From Candidatus Helarchaeota archaeon (GTDB taxonomy: Archaea > Asgardarchaeota > Lokiarchaeia > Helarchaeales > RDOG01), in contig JAHPZH010000002.1 of the NCBI GenBank assembly GCA_019058315.1, forward strand, positions 416,001-480,000: a DNA stretch of 64,000 nt, read 5' to 3'. A model generated the notes under the pieces. The model ran no database searches, had not been told where the DNA came from, and was given only the letters and a program-made list of their open reading frames with translations. How positions within the stretch are numbered: the first letter of the stretch is position 1; every line of letters begins with the position of its first letter. A program made the position numbers and the translations under genes. This document shows, piece by piece, positions 1-9,649 of this stretch.

Positions 1-583
1 TAAACCCGAAAAAAGATCTAGTCACGTAGTATAAAACTAACAATTGAGATAACGAAAAATATTTTGTGATTGGAAAAACTTTTTTATTTCGAATAAAATA
101 ATAAAACATTAATTGACAAAAAATCAGTATCCCGAATAATAATGAAGATGCCAATATTAAAATAAGTGATATGAAGATTGTACCTGCAGAAATTAAATAA
201 TCACTTTTATAAATATGAGGAGCACTGCATGCTAGTAAATTTTTATTCTTTTGGAATTTTTTATATATTATTTCAAAATAATTTTCTGGAAGTTGGGTGT
301 CCGCATCAAGAAAAATTAAAATTTTCCCATTAGATTGTTTTACGGCATAATTGATTTGAGGAACTTTTCCCTTTTTTGGTGATTCTAATACTTGTACATA
401 TTTTTGTGCAATTTCTACAGTTCTATCGTTACTTCCTCCATCACATACCAAGATTTCATAAATTAAATTAGTTTTTTGATTTTTAACTGAAAATATTGTT
501 CTTTTTATATTATTCTCTTCATTATAAGTTGGAATTATAACAGTTAAGGAGATTTGGTCCGTGCTCAGAAAAAATTCCTCCAT
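1..583 (-). CDS. Family 2 glycosyltransferase (runs off the left window edge; not in ORF track)
   Basis: Manual translation from ATG at 583: MEEFFLSTDQISLTVIIPTYNEENNIKRTIFSVKNQ...YEILVCDGGSNDRTVEIA..., later FLDAD (DxD); classic GT-A/GT2 N-terminus. Confidence 0.85.
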   Translation of the reverse strand, partial: MEEFFLSTDQISLTVIIPTYNEENNIKRTIFSVKNQKTNLIYEILVCDGGSNDRTVEIAQKYVQVLESPKKGKVPQINYAVKQSNGKILIFLDADTQLPENYFEIIYKKFQKNKNLLACSAPHIYKSDYLISAGTIFISLILILASSLLFGILIFCQLMFYYFIRNKKVFPITKYFSLSQLLVLYYVTRSFFGF

Positions 584-601
584 AATTTAAAAAATATGAT
601 T

Positions 602-1960
602 TTATTCACCTGTTTTTTCCCATTCTAATGTTTCTGGCAATCTGAATTGTGAAACGAACATATAACCAACATTTCTAATATGCCAAGGGAAGTAAAGTAA
701 GTTTGAATAATGTTTATCTCCATACTTCCTCACTCCATTTACTATGTGACCAAATAAAAATATGAACATGGTCAAGCTAACAAGGACAAGATAATAATCT
801 TGAATTAAAACGAATATTAAAGTAAAAATTATTGAACCGACAGTGAAAAGTGGAAAATGGGCAAAATGTAGCATCGCAAAATTTCTAGTAATCACCGTTC
901 TTAATGCTTTTGTACTGGATTGCATAAGTTTTCCTGCATCTCTTCTGTAACCAAATATCCAGCGATTGCGTTGTTTTTTGAAATTTTGAGACTTTTCAGG
1001 TTCTTTTGAATAAATAACTGCATTTGGTGCAAAAACTATTTTCTTATTTTTAACTGCAAGTTGGACTGATATTAATAAATCTTCTGCTAAAGCATCTTCA
1101 TCAAAATTTCCAACTTCTTCGAGATCTTTTTTGGATATTGCCCAATTCCTCCCATATAACCAAATAGTCCTTCCCAATCTCTGGAAAGTTTCATGAAATA
1201 GCCCAGGACCATTATAAGTCGCATTCTCTAATGCAGTACCCCTCGTTAGAGTATTTTTATTCCAATTTTCTACTTTAAGTGGTCCAACAACGGCTCTGTT
1301 CTTTTTATTTCTTAAAGGAGCAATCAGATTATGCAATGTATCTGGAAGCAATTTTGCTCCTGAATCATAGAACACTAATATCTCATTTTTAGCTTCAGAG
1401 ACAGCATAATTTAAAGCTGGTGGTTTGCCTTTCTTTTTCAGGCTTTTATTAAGAATTCTAATCGGATGTTCCTGATTGATATATTGTTTACAAATTTCCT
1501 CGCTATTATCCGTTGATCCACTAATCACTGCTAAAATTTCCATTTTCTCTTTCGGATAATCAGATTTTAAAATTGTATCTAATGTACTTTTTAAGCCATC
1601 TGCTTCATTCAAAGATGGTATAATAACACTTAAACCAGGCTCAAAACTCTTGTCGTATTTTTTATAACCACCAAAACCGGCAAAAAAGAAAATACCAAAT
1701 AATAGCGGATAAAAGATAAATAAAACTAAAAGCCCAAGATATGCGAATATCCCTAATATATCCAGTGGATGTAAATTTCGATAAAACATACTAGATAAAC
1801 TATTATTTAATAAGTTTTGATTTAAATTATTAAATATATAATCTACCACTCTCATAAGGTAAGAATATTCCCTAGGAAAGATTATATGATAGATTGCAAA
1901 AATAAAAATTACTATTATAGAATAGAAAAGATATCTAATTTTTGTCATAGGATTTAGCAC
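602..1960 (-). CDS. Membrane-bound processive GT2 glycosyltransferase (PgaC/cellulose/hyaluronan synthase-like)
   Basis: SVIIPSLNE, GKPPALN, AED and QRNRW (QxxRW) motifs; N- and C-terminal TM helices. Confidence 0.85.
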   Translation of the reverse strand: MLNPMTKIRYLFYSIIVIFIFAIYHIIFPREYSYLMRVVDYIFNNLNQNLLNNSLSSMFYRNLHPLDILGIFAYLGLLVLFIFYPLLFGIFFFAGFGGYKKYDKSFEPGLSVIIPSLNEADGLKSTLDTILKSDYPKEKMEILAVISGSTDNSEEICKQYINQEHPIRILNKSLKKKGKPPALNYAVSEAKNEILVFYDSGAKLLPDTLHNLIAPLRNKKNRAVVGPLKVENWNKNTLTRGTALENATYNGPGLFHETFQRLGRTIWLYGRNWAISKKDLEEVGNFDEDALAEDLLISVQLAVKNKKIVFAPNAVIYSKEPEKSQNFKKQRNRWIFGYRRDAGKLMQSSTKALRTVITRNFAMLHFAHFPLFTVGSIIFTLIFVLIQDYYLVLVSLTMFIFLFGHIVNGVRKYGDKHYSNLLYFPWHIRNVGYMFVSQFRLPETLEWEKTGE

Positions 1961-2014
1961 CTCGTTTTATTTTATTGAAAAATATTGAAAAATAGATAAA
2001 AAATAAAGATTTTC

Positions 2015-2641
2015 TCACAAATTTCCCCTCCCAAAAGGATTTAGTTTAAAAAAATAGTAGTTAAGAAAATTTGAAAAAGCTGAAAGTACCGATTTAAATT
2101 TATTAAATACTAGTCTTACATAATAGAAAAAATACTGAATATGATATAAATAAATAAAATGTAATCGATTTACATGAGAAATCTGCTGATTTTCAGTTAT
2201 TTTAAATAATTTTTGAGGGCTCTTATCTCTTTTTCTCTCTAATATAAAATCTTTACTAGAGCGTTCTTTTTTATTAAATGTTATAAAACCAATCTCTTTT
2301 TTAAAAATTTTAGTATAAATAAAAATTCTAAATTTTTTTGAAAATTGAAGTTTAACTATTCCAGGTTGTATAATCAATTCAACCAATAACCAAAATAATA
2401 TCAAAGATGGAATTATTTCTTCGATTAAGCGAATATGTAAGTTGAATTGTAACTGATAGAAGAAATAGAAATTTATTACAAAAAAGATTGTATGTAATGA
2501 ATTTATTAAAATTTGGAAAAGTGGAATAGAACAAGTCCCAACTATTAGTAAAATAAAACTCAATACAAATAATTTTGAGTAGTTAATAAATTTCAATTGA
2601 TTTCTCCGTAGATTATATTTCAGTTTATTATCATTCAACAC
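2015..2641 (-). CDS. Hypothetical membrane protein
   Basis: 208-aa ORF with 3 hydrophobic segments, co-oriented with neighbours; no motif recognised. Confidence 0.4.
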   Translation of the reverse strand: MLNDNKLKYNLRRNQLKFINYSKLFVLSFILLIVGTCSIPLFQILINSLHTIFFVINFYFFYQLQFNLHIRLIEEIIPSLILFWLLVELIIQPGIVKLQFSKKFRIFIYTKIFKKEIGFITFNKKERSSKDFILERKRDKSPQKLFKITENQQISHVNRLHFIYLYHIQYFFYYVRLVFNKFKSVLSAFSNFLNYYFFKLNPFGRGNL

Positions 2642-2718
2642 TTATTTAAAAATTTCGAATTATATCTTTATTATAATATTTTTAAAATTCTTTAAAAAAA
2701 GGATTGAAGAGAGAGAAG

Positions 2719-3639
2719 CTATTCAACCTTATCAAGATGTTTCTTACCATATATAGTTAGATGAATTATAGAAATTATGGAAAAGCCAAATAATATTATG
2801 AACATTAGAGGAATTAACCAGTTTGCATAAAACATATTATTTATGAACAATTGCCCTTCTTGAAACACTGGACTATAAAGTGAGATAAAAGCACCACCTA
2901 ATATTCCAATTAATAAGGCCATGACAAATACACGCCAAGGTCTTTCGCCTATTGTCATTGGAGTTTCTTCAAGACCCAACCCCTGTTGTCTTGCTCTACA
3001 ATATTCTTGAATGAGAGTTGTAGCGATTGTTAATAAACCAATTATTACAAAGAGGTCAAGATAGGCATTTCCAAAGAAATCAAAATAATGTACAAGATAT
3101 CCAAGAGGTCCAAATATGCTTGAATATAAAGGTCCATGTATTTCGGCATATGTCAAGAGATATAGAATAGGTCCTATCATCCAAACAATATCTCCAAATT
3201 TATCTATCAATGCATCGAAATATGCACCAAACATAGTTTCTTTCTCTTGAATTCCGGCAATACAACCATCAACACTGTCTAAAATGCCCGAAAACATTAT
3301 AGAAAGTGCTGCAAAATAAATATAAGCTCCACCTAACCCAAAAAAGAAAATCGAATAAAATCCAAGTAAGAAGTTAAAAATAGTCATTTTATTTGGTGTA
3401 AAGCCAAATTTAGCGAAACCTTTCGAAAAATTATATACTAAATTCGAATATGGAACAAGAGGGCCAGGACATTCTTCGGGAGTTTTATCGGGTTGCCCAT
3501 GGGAATTTAGCCATTTTATCATATATTCCCTAAAAGGCAAGATATTACCGACTTTCTCACGTTTTAAAAATGTATAGACTAAAAATACAGCTGTAATTAT
3601 GATTAAGGAAATACCATAATAAAAAATAAAATCTATCAA
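2719..3639 (-). CDS. CDP-alcohol phosphatidyltransferase (archaetidylinositol-phosphate/archaetidylglycerol-phosphate synthase type)
   Basis: TPNKMT and D-x2-DG-x2-A...G-x3-D-x3-D-x3-D signature (LDSVDGCIA...FGAYFDALIDKFGD); multiple TMs. Confidence 0.9.
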   Translation of the reverse strand: MIDFIFYYGISLIIITAVFLVYTFLKREKVGNILPFREYMIKWLNSHGQPDKTPEECPGPLVPYSNLVYNFSKGFAKFGFTPNKMTIFNFLLGFYSIFFFGLGGAYIYFAALSIMFSGILDSVDGCIAGIQEKETMFGAYFDALIDKFGDIVWMIGPILYLLTYAEIHGPLYSSIFGPLGYLVHYFDFFGNAYLDLFVIIGLLTIATTLIQEYCRARQQGLGLEETPMTIGERPWRVFVMALLIGILGGAFISLYSPVFQEGQLFINNMFYANWLIPLMFIILFGFSIISIIHLTIYGKKHLDKVE

Positions 3640-3751
3640 TGTATTTTGCTCCTATGTCTTATCCATTCAATTATTATTAGCAATTTTTTGATAAATTTAA
3701 AATATAGGAAAAAAATTATTCCCTAAATTTAAAAACTTTTGCTTTGTAGTA

Positions 3752-5803
3752 TTGGTAGGGAATTACATGAGTGATGACATTAGAATATCTGACAGAATAA
3801 AACGAATAAAAGAATTAGTACTTAAAGGGAATAAACTTTTAGAGCAGCAAAAATATGATCAAGCCTTATCTACGTTTGATGAAGTTATCACTGAGGAACC
3901 TAGATTTTTTGATGCTATAATTGGTAAAATGAAGGTATATAGGGAGTTATATCAATGGGAAAACGTAATAAAATGTTGTGATAAAATTCTTGAGATAAAT
4001 CCAAATGAAATCACAGCAATAGAGCATAAAATTTGGTCTTTATACGCATTGGATAAGATTGATGAGGCTTTAAATCTCGCTAAAAAAGCACAAAGAACAT
4101 ATCCTGATAATTATACTATTCAACAATGTATAGATGCAAGTCTTGAGAAGAAACAAAAAATAGAAAAGCCTGTTATCGCTAAGGAGAGAATAATAAAAAA
4201 GCCAATTGCTGAAAGGAAGATTGAACCAGAAACAAGACCCCTTGAAGAATTAGAAACGGTTAGAGCACTCCCAGACACCTCTGAAATGAGAAAAACAAAC
4301 AAATTCTTAATTGTTGTAGTTTATAGCTATTTAATGGCTGCTATAATTACTTTTTTGATTATCGATGTTCTATTTTTTAATAATTTAAATTATTATACAC
4401 GTTTATTTATTCAAATTGGTCTCTATGGTTGCTTATTGATTTCATTTCTTATCTTAATAAGTTTTGATAAGCACACAACGATAAGAGAACTTGGAATATC
4501 AACTGAGAATTTACTTAATTCAATTTTAATAGGAATTTTTGTTTCTTCTGGGTTTGTTATCGTTGCATTATTATTTTGGATAGGTCCAATAATTGAAGAT
4601 TTCTTAACAATTTTAACAATTGGATTTTTAACTATCTTTATTGGAATAGTTGAAGAATTCTTTTTCAGAGGGTATATTGAAAGTAAAGCAAGAAAAAGTT
4701 CAAGAAAAATGATTGCAATATTAATTACTGGAATATTATTCGCTGTATTGCATGTTCCAAAATATTTACTCCTTCCTATTGTATCTAGAAATTATTCTTA
4801 TTTAGCCTCTATTCCCTCAACAGTTCAATCATTAATAATATTAGGTTTATTATTTGGATTTATTCGAGAAAATACAAAAAATATTATTGGACCCATTATT
4901 GCACATTCAACTTGGGATTTTTATCTTCTAATATATATGCCGTCTACTACATATCAGCTATATTCAATTGCAAACCCGGGATATTTTATGATATTTCAGA
5001 TGGTAGCATCGTATGCAATGCTGGGGACTTTCTTATTGGCTTGGCTATTATCAAGTCGATCAAAAGTCAATACACTTGAAGATCCTCGGGAACTTCCTAT
5101 ACAAATTGCAGAATTATATTCTAAAGCAGATAAGTATAAAAAAACAATATCAAAATTACAAAACAAAATTAATTACTTATCTAGAAGGCAAGATTATTAT
5201 AAGCAACATAATTATTATGCATATCGAAGTCTAGAATTGAAAAAGAGAAAAATACAAAGTAAAATCGATTTTTACAAAAATGAAAGAGAAAATATTCTGA
5301 ATTTAGCGGAGAATATCACTTTAGAAAACTATAATGAAATGATGGATAATAAAGATAGACAATTAATAATAGCAAAGAACGATCTAAACCTTTCACTTAG
5401 AAATGCAACTAGAGAACCCATTTCATTTAAACCAGAAAGATTAGCAAGCCCTAGAATTAACCAATTTGGCTTTAATGTCATGCCAATCAATTCTAAAATT
5501 CAAGAACTTGAACGAAAAAAAGAATCCATTCAAAGAAAAATCGAGTCATATTCCTTAAAGCAGGAAAGGATACAATATAGAAATCCGCGTTATGTAAGGC
5601 AACTAGAAGTTAAAATAGAAAAATTTCGTTGTCAAATTGAATATTATGACATACTCATTGATACCTATAAAAATATAGCAAGTACTATATCTAATACTAA
5701 TTATAGGGAAAAACGAAAGTTACTTAATGAGAAAACAAGATATGCGAAACGTGAGCTAAATGAAAAAATTCGAAGTATTAATTTACAATATTATAGGCGA
5801 TAA
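3752..5803 (+). CDS. TPR + CPBP (Abi/Rce1 CAAX-protease family) intramembrane protease with duplicated C-terminal helical domain
   Basis: Three TPR-like repeats at N-terminus; EEFFFRG, FAVLH and AHSTWD CPBP motifs in the TM region; two ~100-aa helical repeats at C-terminus. Confidence 0.85.
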   Translation: MVGNYMSDDIRISDRIKRIKELVLKGNKLLEQQKYDQALSTFDEVITEEPRFFDAIIGKMKVYRELYQWENVIKCCDKILEINPNEITAIEHKIWSLYALDKIDEALNLAKKAQRTYPDNYTIQQCIDASLEKKQKIEKPVIAKERIIKKPIAERKIEPETRPLEELETVRALPDTSEMRKTNKFLIVVVYSYLMAAIITFLIIDVLFFNNLNYYTRLFIQIGLYGCLLISFLILISFDKHTTIRELGISTENLLNSILIGIFVSSGFVIVALLFWIGPIIEDFLTILTIGFLTIFIGIVEEFFFRGYIESKARKSSRKMIAILITGILFAVLHVPKYLLLPIVSRNYSYLASIPSTVQSLIILGLLFGFIRENTKNIIGPIIAHSTWDFYLLIYMPSTTYQLYSIANPGYFMIFQMVASYAMLGTFLLAWLLSSRSKVNTLEDPRELPIQIAELYSKADKYKKTISKLQNKINYLSRRQDYYKQHNYYAYRSLELKKRKIQSKIDFYKNERENILNLAENITLENYNEMMDNKDRQLIIAKNDLNLSLRNATREPISFKPERLASPRINQFGFNVMPINSKIQELERKKESIQRKIESYSLKQERIQYRNPRYVRQLEVKIEKFRCQIEYYDILIDTYKNIASTISNTNYREKRKLLNEKTRYAKRELNEKIRSINLQYYRR

Positions 5804-5854
5804 TTAGAAATATTATTAAAATATTTTCCTCATATCAATAATTGAGGTTAATTT

Positions 5855-6571
5855 TTGAATATTGCTTTAACATTTGATTTAGAAAAAGATGCTAATTTAC
5901 CCTCAACTTATGGAATTTTAATTGGTTTAAAAAAGATCCTTAATATCCTTAAAAAATATTCTATTAAATCTACATTTTTTGTAACTTCAAATATTGCACA
6001 AATGTATCCAAAAATAATTAAAAAGTTGAGTCAAAGCAATGAAATTGGTAGTCATGGGCATGTTCATAAAAAATATAAGAAAATAGGAGATGCAGAAAAA
6101 AAAGGACTAAAGAAATCAAAAGTTTTACTTGAAGAAATTACTGGAAAGCAAGTCCTAGGATTTAGAGCTCCAAACTTATATACTAATATCAAATTATACA
6201 AAACATTGAAAGAATTAAACTTTGTTTATGATGCATCTGGGAAACCAGATTCAAATTTGGATTCAATTTTTGGCTTAAAAATCTTTAAAGTATCAAGTTT
6301 AAATATTTATTTTCGATTTCCGTTCGGATATAAGTATTTCATAACAAAACAATATCATAATAAAGATGAAATATCTGTCTTCTACTTTCATCCATGGGAA
6401 TCAATAGATATGAAGAGATTATATATTCAAAATAATTCTATTTCTGACTTGTTTTTAAGACCTGACAGATGGTTGAGTACAGGTGAATCATTTTTAGAAA
6501 AATTTGAAGATTTAATTAAATTTTTTATTGCTAGGAAATTCAAATTCCGATTATTGAAAGAAATGTTATAA
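5855..6571 (+). CDS. Polysaccharide deacetylase (NodB/CE4 family)
   Basis: LTFDLE, GSHGHVH, GFRAP and FHPWE motifs. Confidence 0.88.
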   Translation: MNIALTFDLEKDANLPSTYGILIGLKKILNILKKYSIKSTFFVTSNIAQMYPKIIKKLSQSNEIGSHGHVHKKYKKIGDAEKKGLKKSKVLLEEITGKQVLGFRAPNLYTNIKLYKTLKELNFVYDASGKPDSNLDSIFGLKIFKVSSLNIYFRFPFGYKYFITKQYHNKDEISVFYFHPWESIDMKRLYIQNNSISDLFLRPDRWLSTGESFLEKFEDLIKFFIARKFKFRLLKEML

Positions 6572-6688
6572 ATTTTATGAATGAAATTTAATTAAATGAA
6601 ACACCCAATAAGTAACTTTTATATCAATTTAAATTTAAAAAATGATTCAAATATCCCTCTATGTTATTTGATTTTGATGAATCAATAT

Positions 6689-8143
6689 CTAATTTTCTTC
6701 TATTGAAATAAATTTATGTAGAAATGGGTCATATTTAACAGTCCTTTCCTTATTCATCCTATTTTCAATCAAATTTCTAAAAAGCTTAAAAAATTTATTT
6801 TCAAATCCAAAACCAAACATTTCCCTATTCCATCTTAAATTTGCTATAAATTTAAGTATTTTAATAGGTGGAAAATTCAATTGTTCAAATACCTTCCTTC
6901 CTACAACAGCACTCGTAATTGCTATCATTTCTAAACGATCTTTATTTTTTAAATAATCTTGAGCTTGTTCTCTTCGAATCTTTGACCATCCTAAAAGATT
7001 AGAAGGTGGTTTAAACCCCATATCTATAGCTTTTTCATAAATCGTTGTTTTTGGATAAGGAAATAGTATTTTTATGGAAAATTCGGAGTCTGGGTTAATT
7101 TTTTTCACTTTTTTTATTAAATTAATTGTCATATTTAGATCTTTTTCGGTTTCGTCAGGAACACCTATCATCCAACTATAATCTGCAATAATATCTAATT
7201 TTTTAGTAATTTTAGCACTTCTTATTATGTCCTTTATTGAAATTTTTTTGTTTAGAACATTAAGAATTCGTTGAGAGCCGGATTCTGCACCAAAATACAT
7301 CTGACTACAGCCATGTTCTTTTGCTTCCTTTGCAAGTTTATAATCTAATCGATCTACACGTAATTCAGCTTTCCATATTATATCTTGATCTTTAAAAAAT
7401 GTAAAAAGAGGTTTAATTCGTTTCATATCCGCAAAAAAATAATCATCATAGAAGAAAATTTTTCTTGCACCAAAATCTAATGCCTTTTCAAGTTCCTGCA
7501 TACATTTTTCCGCAGTCCACCCCCTCCAAATATTATTTAATAATGCATTATAACAGAATGCACATCTATATGGACAACCACGACTAGTTATCATATTAAA
7601 ATTTCCATTCTCAATATAACGTCCTGGTTCTACTAAATCCCAAGGAATACTCAATTGATTTAATTCAGAACTTCCTAGTAACTCATTATTCGGATTATGA
7701 ACTATTTTTCCACCACTCTTAAAGGAGAGGCCATCAATATGACCTAAATTTTTACCAGAAACTAACTCAAAGTAAGGTTTCTCCCCCTCTCCTCTAATAA
7801 TAATATCTATTAATCTATTTTGAAGAGTCTGAGTAGGTAAAATTGTAGGATGAATACCTCCCCAAACAATTTTTATTTCTTTAAATTCTTGTTTAATTAA
7901 TTTGGAAATAATTAAGGCATTATAAATCTGTGGACCAGTCATAACAGAAATGCCAATATATTTTGGCTCATTATCTGAAATTTTTTCTAATACTTGATTA
8001 ATATCATCATATCTTAAATCAAAAATTTTTACATCAATGTTATGATTAACTAAGTAATCTGCAATAAATAAAATTGAAAAAGGTAGCATAGGTGTCTGAA
8101 CTTTCGCAAATTCAAGACGAGGATAGATTAGAATTGTATTCAA
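6689..8143 (-). CDS. Cobalamin-binding radical SAM protein (class B/BchE-like)
   Basis: B12-binding domain (WGGIHPT, RGEGE) and SRGCPYRCAFC (CxxxCxxC), GAESGS. Confidence 0.92.
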   Translation of the reverse strand: MNTILIYPRLEFAKVQTPMLPFSILFIADYLVNHNIDVKIFDLRYDDINQVLEKISDNEPKYIGISVMTGPQIYNALIISKLIKQEFKEIKIVWGGIHPTILPTQTLQNRLIDIIIRGEGEKPYFELVSGKNLGHIDGLSFKSGGKIVHNPNNELLGSSELNQLSIPWDLVEPGRYIENGNFNMITSRGCPYRCAFCYNALLNNIWRGWTAEKCMQELEKALDFGARKIFFYDDYFFADMKRIKPLFTFFKDQDIIWKAELRVDRLDYKLAKEAKEHGCSQMYFGAESGSQRILNVLNKKISIKDIIRSAKITKKLDIIADYSWMIGVPDETEKDLNMTINLIKKVKKINPDSEFSIKILFPYPKTTIYEKAIDMGFKPPSNLLGWSKIRREQAQDYLKNKDRLEMIAITSAVVGRKVFEQLNFPPIKILKFIANLRWNREMFGFGFENKFFKLFRNLIENRMNKERTVKYDPFLHKFISIEEN

Positions 8144-8191
8144 TAAAATAATCCCAATTTTATAACATGAGTCAGATATTCTTAAATTTTA

Positions 8192-9484
8192 TTAAAACCA
8201 ATCAATTATCGATGAGCAACTATGACCAGGTGCTTCCTTTGTTCTTCCAATAACTCGAAATGTTGCACCTTCATATCCACATTCAGGACATTTATTCTTT
8301 GATATTAATTCTACTATATCATCCACAACTATGGCCATATTAATAGAACCATTTACACCAAATGGTGTGATGGCTTCTAAAACACCTCTTCCACCTTCTT
8401 TTACTGGTTCCAAAGTCTCTATATCTCTAATAATTATTCTAGCATAATTGGGACAATGATGTAGATAATCTTGATATTTCTTGGACCAATGCCCACCATA
8501 TAATACAGGAGATTCAGTAAACGCGTAAATATCATTTAATCTATATGAATCCATATTGAAAACTTCCTTAAAATGTTCAATAAAATCAACTTTATCTACC
8601 TTTTCCATTTTCGCCTGCCCCTTTACTCCATCCCATCCTCCCCCACCAGATCCAACATATCCAGTTTCACTCAAATCTATTTTAATGTTTTCTTTAATCA
8701 TTTTATTTACTAGAACATTATTCATTAAGAGTGGACTTCCACCAAACAGAATACTTTCATGTTTAAATTTTTCTATCTGCTTAATCATAAACTTTGAATC
8801 TAAAACCAATCCAGCACGAACACCAAAAGTTGAAATTATTGCCCAAATCGTTTTTAAAATCTTAAATTTAATTAAATAATAAGAACGAGTAGGAATCGTC
8901 TCCCATGGCTTATTCATGAGGCTTGTAAAAAAACGAATTTGTTGCTCATATTTTTTTATTAATTTACGTTGATGAGAATATACTTTTAATTGCTTCATTT
9001 TCTTTAATGCTATTCGTCTTGCTAAGGATCCATAAAGATTTCTATTGGGAGCAAAATTAAAGCACATTCCTGTATTCCTAAATTTATCTCGAAATAAAAA
9101 TTCCTCAAAACATTTCAACGCATTATATTGAATGATTTCAAGGTCTTCATAAGTCCTACCTACCAGTGAGGGATCCCCAGTAGTGCTAGAAGAACTGCTC
9201 CATATAATAATATCTTTTTGAGAAGCTTTTATTAAATTAGGAAATAATTTCTTGGAAATTTTATAATTATTAGTGTAAAAATAAGGAACAAATTGAAGAT
9301 TATCATCATTGATAATTTCAGGAACTGTATAATCATTTTTCTGACACAAATCAAGATAAAATTTATTTTTTTGAGATAGAATGATTTGTTCTCTTAATTT
9401 TTCAAAAAAAGTTATGTCATCAATTTCACGGGGAGTATATTCATTAGAAAAATCCGTAATTTCTTTTAATTTTATTAAACCCAT
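8192..9484 (-). CDS. luxE: LuxE-like acyl-protein synthetase
   Basis: SSSSTTG adenylate-forming P-loop, GGGGW, DIYAFTE, IIIRD, GR..., C-terminal Cys (HSCS). Confidence 0.7.
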   Translation of the reverse strand: MGLIKLKEITDFSNEYTPREIDDITFFEKLREQIILSQKNKFYLDLCQKNDYTVPEIINDDNLQFVPYFYTNNYKISKKLFPNLIKASQKDIIIWSSSSSTTGDPSLVGRTYEDLEIIQYNALKCFEEFLFRDKFRNTGMCFNFAPNRNLYGSLARRIALKKMKQLKVYSHQRKLIKKYEQQIRFFTSLMNKPWETIPTRSYYLIKFKILKTIWAIISTFGVRAGLVLDSKFMIKQIEKFKHESILFGGSPLLMNNVLVNKMIKENIKIDLSETGYVGSGGGGWDGVKGQAKMEKVDKVDFIEHFKEVFNMDSYRLNDIYAFTESPVLYGGHWSKKYQDYLHHCPNYARIIIRDIETLEPVKEGGRGVLEAITPFGVNGSINMAIVVDDIVELISKNKCPECGYEGATFRVIGRTKEAPGHSCSSIIDWF

Positions 9485-9649
9485 TTAAGAACACCTAATA
9501 AAAAATTCAAAATCTAATTACCATTATTTTATCATAATAAAATATCGAACTAAAAAATATTACGATGGTTTCTTATTAAGAATTTCATATCTTATCTGAA
9601 AATCTAGTAAAACTAAGTTCGAAGGTTTTCAAAAAACCATAAAATACTA

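Noticed and set aside
8192-9484. Bioluminescence (lux) operon
   Set aside because: Only a LuxE-like gene is present, without luxAB/C/D; LuxE homologs are widespread outside luminescence.
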